Virus record (IMG/VR): IMGVR_UViG_3300050034_000204
Location: 1-63,709 of that record
Direction: 5' to 3' (one strand)
Length of the DNA stretch: 63,709 nt
Origin: a virus
Taxonomy: Duplodnaviria; Caudoviricetes
The notes under the pieces are model-generated. The model had not been told where the DNA came from. It worked only from the letters and a program-made list of their open reading frames with translations, and made no database searches. Shown here piece after piece: positions 30,801-41,535 of this stretch (position 1 is the stretch's first letter; every line of letters begins with the position of its first letter). Both the position numbers and the translations under genes were made by a program.

Positions 30801-32838
30801 AACCAAAGGATGCTTCCCCATATCCAATATTTGAATAATTAAAATCATATAAATTCTTTGTAAATTGAATAGTTCCATTTTCAATATATACGGGTTCGAG
30901 ATCAATGACTGCATTATTAAGTGAATTCTCTACTGCCATATATGTAATGCCATTATCATTTACTTGAATAGTATCGCCAGAAACATAAGTTATCTTAGGT
31001 AATTCTCCAATACTATCAATTGTATAAGTGGCAACATTTGAAGAAGAATAATTATTTGCATACCAATCTGAATATTCCCATTTATCTCTTAGATCATATG
31101 TACAAGAACGATCATATATCCAATCATCTCCATCTGAATATACAACACTCCAATTATTATTGAAGATAGAAGAATCACTTTGTACTAAAATACGAATACT
31201 TTCATCATATTCATCTGGATTCATTTCTTCTAGCGATTCGTAAGTATCAACCAATATATCATAGTCGGCTGGCGCTGGATCAAAATCTGATAAAGAAGAA
31301 ATAATATTTGAAGTTGCAACTGCGCTATTTGCTAAATGAGAATTTACAATTTCAAAATAAGTTTTAATTGCCAATACTCTATCTGAAAACAATGTCTGAG
31401 ATGGATTTGAAAAAATTCCAATTTGCTGTTGAGACGGCAAAGTATAATCGGGAACTAATTGCTCAGTTTCTTCTGAAGCTCCGCATAAACTATCAATAAA
31501 TTTTTGATATATAGGAGTTTCTATCCAAGATTTTGTTCCATTATTTCCAATAAGAGCAAACTCATTATGAATTTTATTATGAGAAGATTCCGAAATATAT
31601 TCAATATGGAGAATGGCAGTATATGCTGCCACATATGAATTTATATTCCACACTGCCACGCTATTTGTATCAATAGCAGAAATAATAGGAATTCCAGAAT
31701 TGGGGATATCCCCAATGCTATCTGCTAAAGATGAAATTGCTATTTTATGAAGAGTTCCATTTGCAGTTTTTCCATAAACCCAAAATCCATACTTCTTAGA
31801 AACAGAATCATACATATATGGAATATCTACTGATTCTAAATATCCAGTATCATCACTTTGAACATAGTCAGTTGGATCATTGGTACTTATCACCCATTCG
31901 TAAACTTTAATTGAGGTACTTGGAAACCAATCATTCCAATTTTGATATCGCTCTTCCAACGTTCCAACTTGACCATCAATTACTTTTAATAAATCAGTTT
32001 TAAACCAAGTCTTACCTTCATAGGAAGAACCCCAATAAGTTAATCCAGCATTCTGGGTTGTTATTGATCCGAGATTATTCCAAAGATCGGTACTGAAAAC
32101 ACTTCCGCTCTTTCCAGAATATAATGCTTTATATAAAATACCGCCATAATTAACAACATCATCAATGCTATAAATTGTTCCCGGTTTCCATTGTGGAATA
32201 TTATATACAGCAGGATCAATATCACAAATGTAATCTAAATTTTTTGTAAGATCACTGGGCAAGACTCCATGATATAAATCAACCACTTCTACATCAGTTA
32301 CCTTTTCTTTGGTTTCTGCATCATATATCCACGCAGAAGAAATACTGCTGCTATCAATCCGTGCTTCGCTCGGGGTTGATAAGGTCCAGCCATGTGATAA
32401 ATCTAAATTATTATAAATTGCAATTTGAATATCTGGATTATTTTTATCTAATACAAAGATATTATCGACTTGCCCATCATAAATTGCTGACGTATTATTA
32501 GCGCCGCCACTTATGGTAATATTAGACACTCTTGCTGGATTTAAAATATTATCATATGCTCCAATCCATGAACCATCTGTTTTAAGTATCTGATAAATTG
32601 AAATGCATTGATTAAATGATGGAATAGTATTACCAAACTGACTATTATTATCATCAAATAATGTTCCATCATCAAATGAAATCAAACTATCAATGCTGCC
32701 AGTTGTGCTGGTATATACTGCACCAAACATATCAGACGATAACCATTTAACAGATTGGCCAAAGTTTCTTCCGTACACGTTTCCCGAAGTTATTTCGCCT
32801 GACATTATATATTGGCTTTGCAGATTTCCACTATTCAT
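27814..32838 (-). CDS. Large baseplate/virion protein with YHYH-like and LamG-like domains
   Basis: HSPIIGFALDGNPIYGPYGY...LDENNG..C.TPEYPNGTYAYF; WLFKTSF; PFHARIREF; FTLEFF...GYMDELRITK. Confidence 0.7.
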   Translation of the reverse strand: MNSGNLQSQYIMSGEITSGNVYGRNFGQSVKWLSSDMFGAVYTSTTGSIDSLISFDDGTLFDDNNSQFGNTIPSFNQCISIYQILKTDGSWIGAYDNILNPARVSNITISGGANNTSAIYDGQVDNIFVLDKNNPDIQIAIYNNLDLSHGWTLSTPSEARIDSSSISSAWIYDAETKEKVTDVEVVDLYHGVLPSDLTKNLDYICDIDPAVYNIPQWKPGTIYSIDDVVNYGGILYKALYSGKSGSVFSTDLWNNLGSITTQNAGLTYWGSSYEGKTWFKTDLLKVIDGQVGTLEERYQNWNDWFPSTSIKVYEWVISTNDPTDYVQSDDTGYLESVDIPYMYDSVSKKYGFWVYGKTANGTLHKIAISSLADSIGDIPNSGIPIISAIDTNSVAVWNINSYVAAYTAILHIEYISESSHNKIHNEFALIGNNGTKSWIETPIYQKFIDSLCGASEETEQLVPDYTLPSQQQIGIFSNPSQTLFSDRVLAIKTYFEIVNSHLANSAVATSNIISSLSDFDPAPADYDILVDTYESLEEMNPDEYDESIRILVQSDSSIFNNNWSVVYSDGDDWIYDRSCTYDLRDKWEYSDWYANNYSSSNVATYTIDSIGELPKITYVSGDTIQVNDNGITYMAVENSLNNAVIDLEPVYIENGTIQFTKNLYDFNYSNIGYGEASFGSTSYDSEPYLEIRKIVRILNEIVLTLNEELSSAADAAFFSMIKYILYENSNLDWLFKTSFVTVDYNNRDLMTETNFEADNEDDIKNFMYETLPFHARIREFNNKYTGTEYGNVGVSDFDLPSQFDTNYYNMILATTNNPKMNSPFLPNCGVYGTANTMYVTSNITSNIASKTWKFAFDLVPSNNSAIQYSTFSTNYGSNVDLIMNNVDQSLGNAFPNALAIDGVPVYGPNKGNAVVVYYNANLATSEKHLINEAAAANVANGIVDQYGVLSYITLPEYLLGDSSSHSPIIGFALDGNPIYGPYGYANANSTIIIKQTSSYALSNIARLESSEIYNGLFVGNYTSPDGKYVDDYIYVEGSGTLDENNGKYCITPEYPNGTYAYFSTNTYPYVIGPTFRGIPYNLRYLYINNESIPFYPNGAVTIPFESVANTLSFIRSVDGSQLTDANTLSNTSVYSAWYNNYDYTISNLRVVDPGEGYINTSANIYASGANIVVKNIRLVEANIKSLGFDYSANDILELPSDAGNIIIDTVFSNGAIKSFNTEFADITYTSASSYIGVVPTNVTSNGSGATFNFKFGINDFTIYDGGSFTSTPTIIISDDYANVEATVVATLENSLVRELTSNIRFDRVSSNIELGESNIVYQTGSIVYLTANSAFMQATSNTTIGNVSEWTTANSESIATTTAANRIFAAYTPNANMRGNNYGHASNLTIESIPFSPTYTPPISTIFDYDYIDDSNVVLNLSWKPQQLNDSILSHEFPRFGNSSGYFNNSYIVANTGSTDINLGNANFTLEFFVRLNDLSNITILDGRTSNSSNMGAVISSSNGSIILTTANINITSNVEVSANNWNYIMIAGNTSNVEMYLNGNIVGISNASYDITDNALTLGASVDGGNIMNGYMDELRITKKFNRYANVASAIPSEPFPRSEYSDNYFSYTPILYGFESMTNESKLISFTGINSTKYVSDLSWNQKQLTIVGNVTVDGTSNDYIMLVKINE

Positions 32839-32853
32839 ATATGTATTTAACCT

Positions 32854-35800
32854 TTAAAAGTTGAAGGAAATCCCATTATCTTGCATGGAATTGTCAATGG
32901 TTAGTATTATATTAGAATTGCTAGAATCCAACGAAGCAGAGATTCCGGTTTTCCCGTTCGAAGTATTAAGATCGGTAATTAACGTTGAAATATTACTTCC
33001 ACTTCTAGAAATTATCCAACTATTAACCATAATCTGCGATTGCGATAATTGATCTGAAGTAATATCACCCGTTGGGATTACTTTTTGTGTAGTATTATCG
33101 GTATCTAATATATACATGTATACTTTTCCAGCTTTTACAATTCCATCAACTCTAGAATTTTTACTGCCAACCAATAACTTTTTATCTCTAATAGAAACAC
33201 TACTACCAAATAATAAATCGTTGGAAGAAGGTGCTTCTACAAATTGAGTTAATACATATCTAGGACCATCGATTTCAATAGTACTTCCCGCCGCCACAAT
33301 ATTTGCAAATGATAATGTAGTATGATAATCCCTTGTTTCAAATATTGGATTAAGAATCGTATTTGCAGTAACTGAATAATTTGCACTTGAATTTGAATTG
33401 CTAATATAATTAATAGTATAATAATTTTGAGATAAAATACTTCCATTAATTTTTAAATATGAAATATCAGCAAATGCTGTATCGGGTACTAATGAAGAAA
33501 TTGCTGTTGAAGTTAATACTTTTTCAGAAATTCTGCTATAGATAGCAACTGCACCTGCTCCGCTATTATAAGAAGGCAGACCAATTGCAAGCATTGATGC
33601 AGTATCATCGCAACTCACCGATGTACCAAATCCATCAGAACTTGAAAATGAATATCCGGAATTGTTAAAGATATTCGTTCCTGCATTTTCAACAAAGTAA
33701 TTTTCAACACCATCTATAAATGTGCTATATCCACTTACTCCAATATTGTGAGAAGTTGTATCAATCGCAATTGTTGAATTTGATAGAACAGTATAATCTG
33801 TTCCTGCCAACAAAGTAATAACTTCATAGTTGGTATCGTTTTGAATTCTAATAAGTATTCCTCTAGAGTCTGTTAACGTTGCGGGCGATACCGTTATTTC
33901 AGAAGATGAAATACTTGAAATAGTATAATCCTCAGTATAATTTAGATTTTCATGCATGGAGTACATAGCAATATTGCTATTTCCCGTTGCAAACATGCAT
34001 TCCCCATCTAAACTTATTGTCAACGTATCCATGCTATGTATATTTGACATATTGCATTTATAAATTGAAGTATACTCTGGAAGAGAATTACTTGAATAGG
34101 AACCAACGTAGATATAACTATTTCCTCCAACCGCGCTATTTGCGCTTGCTGCAAATACTCCATTGTTTGATGCAACGCATCCGCCCAAATTAATAGTATC
34201 ATCTTGCATATATGAAAGATAAGTATCGGTCGCAGAAAATGTTGGATATACATTTCCATCTGAACTTTTATATTCGGTTACTGGTTTATATTGAAGCATA
34301 CCTCTATAGTTTTCAACATCAGCATCATATTGAGTATTGGGCTTTCCTAGCCAAACACTTTCAACATCGCTATCATATGATATAGCCGTGGAAATCGTTT
34401 CATCTATTAGTAATGAAGTTCCACTTATTTTAGTATTGTATGGAGTTATCAATTCATAATTGGCTTCGCCATATTCATCTTGATTAATAAAAATAAGCTC
34501 GGTATTAGCTGAAATATTGCTCGATCCAATATCATTAAATCTTAAATCAGATGATACCAATATATCAGTGGTCGATTCTGGGGTAGTATCCCATACTAAA
34601 TTAATAGATGAACTTACATTGGCATATATACATAGATTTGCATATGATTGTACGTTTCCATTATTATATGGAGAAATGTTATAACTTTCAACCTGATATG
34701 CTCCCTGTAATGTTACATTGGCATTTGCATCTACATAATCAATAACTACCAATCTATCTTTTTCGGTATCAATATTTGTAGTTAATCTAAATGAGATGAT
34801 ATTTCCGCCAAGTGAAGTAATTGAAGTTATTCCAGATGGTTGCCCTTGGAAGCGCAAGACGTTCCATTGATTATCTGCATCCACCGTGGTATCATTGGCC
34901 ACCCAAAAAACCCCTCCGCTTTTAGCTACTTTTAGAATAATTGGTATAATATTAGAATTTGCAGAAGTAAAATCTTCATAGGAATTGAAATATGTTCCAA
35001 TAATATCAGCATTGGAAAAGCTTGCACTTTTATTACGATTATAAGACTGCAAACGTTGCGGAACAATTGGCCCAGCCGTAGTAAATGCTTGACTATCTAT
35101 TGCTAAGTTTCCCCTTGTTTGAATAAAATCCTTATCCCAGTTTATTGATTTTTCAAATAAGGTGGATTCGGTTACTTGCAATGCAACATTGCTATTTGAA
35201 TTAGTTTCAGATACAAATGAAATTACTACTGGATTTTTTACGTTATAATCATTTGAAATAGATACATCACAATATCCACTTCTATTATCTGCGCCATATG
35301 TTCCGACTTTAATTGCATATTCTTCGGTATATGATAACTTAGAAGCAGCTTTATTAGAAGTTCCATAACTATATGTAGTAATAGCTCTTGATGTACCTTT
35401 TTCTTTGATCCATCCTCGATAATAATCAATTTGAGCGCCCTCGCTTAATTCTAAGGTACTCAACCACTGCCGTTCAATATAACCAAGAGTATTATTTCTC
35501 AATGTTATTAAATCAGTAATAAATGGACGATAACTGGTATTATATACCTTTGAAAAATCGGTTGTCTTCAAGGATATATTTGGAAGAACGTTATTTTTAA
35601 ACGTAATTGATATTTGTTTAAAATAGGATGATTGAAACGTGCTTGCGCCAATTACATCGCTAATTGCGTAATAATAAATGTTTTTATATTTTACAAGACT
35701 TCCAAATACATAATCCGTATTTGCTACCCACGTATCAACAGAAGAGGTTGTAAGAATAAATCCATCGGCATTGATAGTTCCATTCCATCCCCCGCTTCGT

Positions 35801-38800
35801 TGTCCGGAAAGTTTCAATCTAGTTTGGCGAATACCTGTGATCGGATCATATATAACATCGGAAAATGCAGTAGTATTATCAAAAACCAATCGGTGCTCAT
35901 AACTAATTATATCTGCATCAATGCATGCAATTACGCCGCCAGTTAAACTCTTGATAGTTGTTACATTATCTTCTCGAAATACATCCAAAGAACGTTGATC
36001 TATATACTTTCCAGATACATCTAATATGCTACTAATAGAAGGGTCTGATAAATCGTCTAATGTTCCAGATGTTGCCGAATATTCAAAAATAGAAGAACTT
36101 GGATTAAGGGCCAAGGATAGCCCATTATCGGTAGTTAGCGCCCATTTTATATATTGAATGCTAGAATCATACCAACCAATTCTTGATTGAGACGTATCCA
36201 ATGTAAAACTTACTCCAAGCGTAGTTAGATATTGTTCATAACCTGCCATGAAATTTATAACTTCTTGAATGCTGTAAAATATAGTGTTATATGATATTTT
36301 ACTTGAAGTCGTACTAAATTTCAAAGGATAATTATATATTGCTGTTCCAACTTTAAGTTGCTTCACAGAACCAGCCGTGGCTGCATAGATATTAAAATAT
36401 GGAGTTGTTTTGCTATATCCAGTAATTTGATAATATCCATTTGTGGTTTTTGATATAAGAAGTCCACTATAATTCAAAGTACTAGTTGGGGTACTTTTAT
36501 TCAAAAACATGTAATAATCGGTATCCGGAATCAATTCTTCTGTTGAAGTATCAAATGGATTATTGGGGTTTGCATATACTTCAATATCAGAAGGGGCGGA
36601 ATATCCTCCAACCGAATACATCAATTGTGGAGTAGTTAAAGATATATCCGTACTCAATAATGATTCATCCATATTCATTTTATTAAGATATTCATATGAA
36701 TAAACAAGAATTCCATTACTGGTTGAATCGGTTGGAATATCGCTAATTGTAGGGATTTCTCCATTATAAAGAAATTCCTTAAAATCAGAAGTAGGCAAAT
36801 AATTATTAGTATCCCATAGCATACCCAACACAAACATTGGATTCAATAAAGCTCTTGCTCGGAGTAAGGAAAACTGATAGCTGCTCGACCTTTTCCACGC
36901 AGTTTCAACGGGGCCACCATCGCCAAAAACGAAATCATTTTGCGCGGAAGAGGTATCATATACTCCCACCAAAGAAGTATTGGGGCTTTGAAAATTTCCG
37001 TATTCATCAACTGGAAGAACTTGCAATAATTCGTCTCTGGTGCCTATGGAGCTTGCCGTAGCACCGCTAGGATCGCTTATAGTTCCATTTGCGATATCTG
37101 ACCACATAATACTTTGGCCGTTCGTGTACGGGGCTACACCATATACTTCATCCCACCATGACGGCTTGACACTTAAATTAAGCATTTCCCATGGACGAGT
37201 ATGAACCATGTCTGTTCCATAAAAATAATTGTAGATCCCTCGCCAATAGCCATCCAAAAATGAATTGGATAACTTATCTTTAGATGATGACCAATTCCAA
37301 GTAAAATAATTGGATTCGTCATAAAAAGTATTAAGATAATTTACATTATATTCTGCAACCCATTCATAATACATTCTACTTAGAACTTCATTATATTCGG
37401 ACTTACTATATAAAGTATCCTTCCAGAATCCGCAATCGGGAACATAAGTTTGAATTGCATCGGAAATCAATTGATTATCTACTTTTAAATTATTATAAAT
37501 TCTTAATTCGTAATCAAGCAATACCTGATCACGATAATCTCCATAACAAGTAGTAATACTTCCATCATGGCCTCTTAATACATTTCTAGAAGTTTGATAG
37601 GTAGTATCTTTAAAAATTTCTGGTTTATAGGCTGGAGCTAATCCTAATTTTGCTGGAGTAGAAGGAATATAATTTCCTTTAGTAGAAGATACTTCATATC
37701 TATCTAAAACATCCCCAATTTTCAATGAAGTAGAAATAGTAAGAATAGTTCCGCTAACCGTATAATCTATTCCCTTAACTAACTGTACATCATTTAAATA
37801 TACATATAATGCATAATAATTAGCTTGAGAAAAATCATAGGTTTGAGATAGACTGAAAATTTTAGAATCAAATTTAGTAATTGTATGACTGGTTTCTGTT
37901 CCACCCCAATAACACATATCGCTATTTTCCCAAGCAGTATTTCCAGCAAGAGAAGTTGAAGCTAAACTAGATAGAACTGAATCGCATGCTACTTTTGGAG
38001 TTAATGATTCTGCATTAGATAATGTACCCAATGTATTAATGAATTTTTGTTTGAATAAAGTATAATCTTCTCCAGCCACTCGGATAGCTTTATCAATATC
38101 ATAATCTGTGTTACATAATAAAAGTGCTGGTATAAGTGCGAATGCTTCATTTTTACGAATATCAGCAGTGCGAATTTCACTTATATTCATTGTGTTCAAC
38201 GTGGCATTAAGAGGATTGTATTGAAATGCCGTTGGAACATCATACCATGCATTTGTAATAGGTGTTGATGAGATAACTCGAATTAATATTTCATCGGAGA
38301 TAGTAATATCTTGAGAAATTACAAAAATAATATTATTTCCACTTTGTGAAGATGTAAAAGTTACTTCTTCTCCATTTACATATACATAAGAAGTGGTATC
38401 GGATACAACAGTTCCATTATATAAAGTAATGGAAGAGCTATCTCCATTAGTCGATACAAAATTTTGATATAAGTGACTGTTTTGCTCAACATAATTCCAT
38501 TCATCATATAATGAATAATCTAATCCACTTGGATCAAGATACATAGGTTTTCCAACATTTATATTTTCGGCAGTGGTCAAACTATCATATGCAAAAGTAT
38601 CTGCATCATAATTATTAGAAAATACTACATCATTAAGATTTCCAATTAATCCATATGTTAGCGGGAATCCCAACACGGTGTCATCTGTTCCCGTTCCTTC
38701 TTCATACGAAAACAAAGAAGTACCTACAAACGTTGACGTGGTATAAGAAGACAAACTAACATTGTCAGAATCAAATAAATCAAATAACGGAGATTGCTGT

Positions 38801-39966
38801 AGAGAAGTTTTTCGCTGTGGAGAAACGACCCATTTATCTCCGTTCCATGATGCACTTCCAGATCCATATTCTGATCCATCGATAATTGATACACAATTAA
38901 TATCTTGTGCAGTATCATATATTGTTAAATGATAAGTATTATCCGATATACTTACTTTATAAATATTTTGTCTAACAATGTGATTTTGATCATTATTGAA
39001 AATGATAGTATCCCCATCATTAACTGCAATATCATCGCAAATAAATTCCACCGTAGTTCCATCAATTACCGAGAATGCATTTGGAGTATAATTATCAAAG
39101 TGAGTAACTGCCTCCAATCCAATCTTATTTGAGTTAATTAAAACAAGTGGAATAAATTCAATAATTGGACGATTTCCAATATTAAAAGAAGTGGGCGCCA
39201 CAAAATCTTCATATTGAGACAATAAAATTGTTATAATATCATTGACTACCGATGATGCCACCCAACAATTACTCATGGACCACAAGTTTTTATCAGAAGA
39301 TGCTCTATTGATCGTAACATAATCTGCTGCATAATTTTCTTCAATTGAAATGGTGGTATCAATCATATCATCGGAATTTGTTAAAGTAATATATGATCCA
39401 ACCCCATCAACAATAAATGTACCATCTGAACAAGAAATATACATTCCATTTGATAACGTAATAGAAGATAATGAATATGAACTTTGCCCAATAATTTCAG
39501 TTGAGGCAATATCACTTAATAATATTGGATAATCCCAATACCAAGTATCGCTTTTCTTTATCCAAGAATAATTAAAATAGTTTATTAATTTATCTTGATC
39601 AATGAATCCATTCCATTCGTAATAATTACTGGATAATAACCTATTCCACGAAGTAACATTGGCATTCTTTGCTGCTGCTGAATTCAAGATATCTATAAAA
39701 TTACTCACTGCCGTTATTTCCGAATCAGCATCATATGTTACAAATGCCGGTTCTGCTTGATAACTTTGCCGAGCCAAGGTGCTTTCTTTAATATATTGAC
39801 CATCCAATATAGAACCATTATATACAGTTCTTCCCACATATCCGCAAAATTTATCGATCACCGGAGTGGCGCTTAATCTATCCAGCGTGGATTGAAAAAA
39901 CTTTTTATTTGATACCGTTCCTAGATATGATGGTAAAAACTTAATTGCGCTATTTGATGTTGACAT
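32854..39966 (-). CDS. Giant baseplate wedge-like virion protein (2370 aa)
   Basis: FLP......NKKF...TLD, DKLINY, RPIIEF, GHDGS, PWEML, GPVETAW, IKEKGT, EEYA and FG-GAP-like repeats; GATAAATA plus GAGG upstream. Confidence 0.7.
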   Translation of the reverse strand: MSTSNSAIKFLPSYLGTVSNKKFFQSTLDRLSATPVIDKFCGYVGRTVYNGSILDGQYIKESTLARQSYQAEPAFVTYDADSEITAVSNFIDILNSAAAKNANVTSWNRLLSSNYYEWNGFIDQDKLINYFNYSWIKKSDTWYWDYPILLSDIASTEIIGQSSYSLSSITLSNGMYISCSDGTFIVDGVGSYITLTNSDDMIDTTISIEENYAADYVTINRASSDKNLWSMSNCWVASSVVNDIITILLSQYEDFVAPTSFNIGNRPIIEFIPLVLINSNKIGLEAVTHFDNYTPNAFSVIDGTTVEFICDDIAVNDGDTIIFNNDQNHIVRQNIYKVSISDNTYHLTIYDTAQDINCVSIIDGSEYGSGSASWNGDKWVVSPQRKTSLQQSPLFDLFDSDNVSLSSYTTSTFVGTSLFSYEEGTGTDDTVLGFPLTYGLIGNLNDVVFSNNYDADTFAYDSLTTAENINVGKPMYLDPSGLDYSLYDEWNYVEQNSHLYQNFVSTNGDSSSITLYNGTVVSDTTSYVYVNGEEVTFTSSQSGNNIIFVISQDITISDEILIRVISSTPITNAWYDVPTAFQYNPLNATLNTMNISEIRTADIRKNEAFALIPALLLCNTDYDIDKAIRVAGEDYTLFKQKFINTLGTLSNAESLTPKVACDSVLSSLASTSLAGNTAWENSDMCYWGGTETSHTITKFDSKIFSLSQTYDFSQANYYALYVYLNDVQLVKGIDYTVSGTILTISTSLKIGDVLDRYEVSSTKGNYIPSTPAKLGLAPAYKPEIFKDTTYQTSRNVLRGHDGSITTCYGDYRDQVLLDYELRIYNNLKVDNQLISDAIQTYVPDCGFWKDTLYSKSEYNEVLSRMYYEWVAEYNVNYLNTFYDESNYFTWNWSSSKDKLSNSFLDGYWRGIYNYFYGTDMVHTRPWEMLNLSVKPSWWDEVYGVAPYTNGQSIMWSDIANGTISDPSGATASSIGTRDELLQVLPVDEYGNFQSPNTSLVGVYDTSSAQNDFVFGDGGPVETAWKRSSSYQFSLLRARALLNPMFVLGMLWDTNNYLPTSDFKEFLYNGEIPTISDIPTDSTSNGILVYSYEYLNKMNMDESLLSTDISLTTPQLMYSVGGYSAPSDIEVYANPNNPFDTSTEELIPDTDYYMFLNKSTPTSTLNYSGLLISKTTNGYYQITGYSKTTPYFNIYAATAGSVKQLKVGTAIYNYPLKFSTTSSKISYNTIFYSIQEVINFMAGYEQYLTTLGVSFTLDTSQSRIGWYDSSIQYIKWALTTDNGLSLALNPSSSIFEYSATSGTLDDLSDPSISSILDVSGKYIDQRSLDVFREDNVTTIKSLTGGVIACIDADIISYEHRLVFDNTTAFSDVIYDPITGIRQTRLKLSGQRSGGWNGTINADGFILTTSSVDTWVANTDYVFGSLVKYKNIYYYAISDVIGASTFQSSYFKQISITFKNNVLPNISLKTTDFSKVYNTSYRPFITDLITLRNNTLGYIERQWLSTLELSEGAQIDYYRGWIKEKGTSRAITTYSYGTSNKAASKLSYTEEYAIKVGTYGADNRSGYCDVSISNDYNVKNPVVISFVSETNSNSNVALQVTESTLFEKSINWDKDFIQTRGNLAIDSQAFTTAGPIVPQRLQSYNRNKSASFSNADIIGTYFNSYEDFTSANSNIIPIILKVAKSGGVFWVANDTTVDADNQWNVLRFQGQPSGITSITSLGGNIISFRLTTNIDTEKDRLVVIDYVDANANVTLQGAYQVESYNISPYNNGNVQSYANLCIYANVSSSINLVWDTTPESTTDILVSSDLRFNDIGSSNISANTELIFINQDEYGEANYELITPYNTKISGTSLLIDETISTAISYDSDVESVWLGKPNTQYDADVENYRGMLQYKPVTEYKSSDGNVYPTFSATDTYLSYMQDDTINLGGCVASNNGVFAASANSAVGGNSYIYVGSYSSNSLPEYTSIYKCNMSNIHSMDTLTISLDGECMFATGNSNIAMYSMHENLNYTEDYTISSISSSEITVSPATLTDSRGILIRIQNDTNYEVITLLAGTDYTVLSNSTIAIDTTSHNIGVSGYSTFIDGVENYFVENAGTNIFNNSGYSFSSSDGFGTSVSCDDTASMLAIGLPSYNSGAGAVAIYSRISEKVLTSTAISSLVPDTAFADISYLKINGSILSQNYYTINYISNSNSSANYSVTANTILNPIFETRDYHTTLSFANIVAAGSTIEIDGPRYVLTQFVEAPSSNDLLFGSSVSIRDKKLLVGSKNSRVDGIVKAGKVYMYILDTDNTTQKVIPTGDITSDQLSQSQIMVNSWIISRSGSNISTLITDLNTSNGKTGISASLDSSNSNIILTIDNSMQDNGISFNF

Positions 39967-40010
39967 CTGGTTCCTCTATGGAATATTTATCCTCTGAAAA
40001 ACCATTAAAA

Positions 40011-40868
40011 TTAAGGTAGATAACTATAAAATACAATAATAGAATCTGAACTTTCTGGAGCAGAAATCATCGAAATGGTATTTCCACTAATAGAAAAATC
40101 CGAAGTATTATTTAACATCACGCCATTTAAATAAACATATAAATCATCTATGGGAGATGGTTCATACAAGATCACAAAACTTTTGTTATTTCCATTTAAT
40201 AACCCGGTTGGAGTTTCATAATCCGAATATGAATATAAAGATATATTTCCGTTGGCACTTTCGGAGCTTGTAATGGTAATATTATAATTTGCAGTGACAT
40301 TAGTAGTATATTGTATATCAAAACTATAAACATAGGATGATGCGCTTCCAGCTAATTCTGGCTTATTGCTTTCCATATTCTGATAAATGTTTGCCGTATT
40401 ATATAATACACTTGGAAATACTATACCAGATATTATTCCGCTATTTGCATCAAGAGAAAGATTGGATGGCAATGATCCAGAAATAATTTCAATATTTCCA
40501 AAGTATTCTGGAACATATACATTTGCAGCAATACTTATAGATAATTCTTGTGCAACTGGCCAAATTCCAAGATTTGCATTTGGAAATGATACCACAATAG
40601 GATGAGTCACAATGATGTTGTAGGTGCGATCCGTGACGACGGAATTGGATGTGGCTCTGATAGTGAATGAATAGGTTCCAATCGCTGCTAGGAGGCTCAC
40701 GGTTCCAGCAATCAATAGATTGTTGTATGTCAGCCCGCTTGGCAAGGTTCCGGAGATGATTTTGGTACTAGTTATGGAATTATCATAATCAAGTGACAAC
40801 GTATATGAAAAAGTTGAACCTTTTGAAACTGATCCAATATTACCTGCGGAAGTGATCCATTCAATCAT
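40011..40868 (-). CDS. Ig-like (He_PIG-type) repeat virion protein
   Basis: WITSAGNIG, ISGTLPSGL, FTIRAT and ISGSLPSNLSL..NSGIISG. Confidence 0.65.
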   Translation of the reverse strand: MIEWITSAGNIGSVSKGSTFSYTLSLDYDNSITSTKIISGTLPSGLTYNNLLIAGTVSLLAAIGTYSFTIRATSNSVVTDRTYNIIVTHPIVVSFPNANLGIWPVAQELSISIAANVYVPEYFGNIEIISGSLPSNLSLDANSGIISGIVFPSVLYNTANIYQNMESNKPELAGSASSYVYSFDIQYTTNVTANYNITITSSESANGNISLYSYSDYETPTGLLNGNNKSFVILYEPSPIDDLYVYLNGVMLNNTSDFSISGNTISMISAPESSDSIIVFYSYLP

Positions 40869-40881
40869 ACATATATTTATA

Positions 40882-40911
40882 AAAATAGCTCCCGTTAACG
40901 GGAGCTATTTT
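40882..40911. terminator. Intrinsic terminator
   Basis: AAAATAGCTCCCGTT-AACGGGAGCTATTTT palindrome after infA, abutting TATAAATA. Confidence 0.8.
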
Positions 40912-41125
40912 AAAATCTATAAACAATTCTTGCTCGTTCCATAGAATACGGGCTCATTTCTAATTGAACTTCGTCGCCCAATCCAATGCGAATGCTATTT
41001 TTCCGAAGTTTTCCACCCAAATAAGCGGTTATTTGCTGACCATTGGGAATTTCAACCACCCAATTTGCATTTGGTAAATTTTTAACAATCTTTCCTTTAA
41101 TAGATACTTGATCTGCTCTTGCCAC
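40910..41125 (-). CDS. infA: Translation initiation factor IF-1
   Basis: G.IV..LPNA...V...NG....AYLGGKLRKN.IRI..GD.V..EMSPY...RARIVYR; GTG start, GGAGG RBS. Confidence 0.95.
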   Translation of the reverse strand: MARADQVSIKGKIVKNLPNANWVVEIPNGQQITAYLGGKLRKNSIRIGLGDEVQLEMSPYSMERARIVYRF

Positions 41126-41146
41126 TAAGTTTTTAATTCCTCCGTA

Positions 41147-41341
41147 TTATTGTTCAAGTTGATTTTGAATTCTATGTGAAACAATGGTCCATGCTTGATC
41201 CCATGCCGCCTCTTCTCCACCATAAAATCGAATTGTGATAATATGCTCGTCTTCTTTATTTACAATTAAATGTCTATCTCGCTCCTTTTTATAATATGCG
41301 AGTGGATAAACACCCAATACATTCTCTTTTGAAGTAGTCAT
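41147..41341 (-). CDS. Small hypothetical protein
   Basis: E..AW..A motif shared with the neighbouring gene. Confidence 0.6.
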   Translation of the reverse strand: MTTSKENVLGVYPLAYYKKERDRHLIVNKEDEHIITIRFYGGEEAAWDQAWTIVSHRIQNQLEQ

Positions 41342-41535
41342 CTTTCGAAAATATCCTGCATTTCAGTTAATATCTTATCTTTCGCCTTTCCCCATGCATC
41401 ATCTTCAGAATAATTTGAAGTAGCCAATATTTTTTGAAAAGGCAACGAAGAATTAATTATCAACCATACCCCATTTGCATAACTGCAAAAGCATCTGGAA
41501 TTCTGACTTTTAACAAACTGCTTATTCTCACTCAT
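41338..41535 (-). CDS. Small hypothetical protein
   Basis: ATGA overlaps; E..AW..A motif. Confidence 0.6.
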   Translation of the reverse strand: MSENKQFVKSQNSRCFCSYANGVWLIINSSLPFQKILATSNYSEDDAWGKAKDKILTEMQDIFER

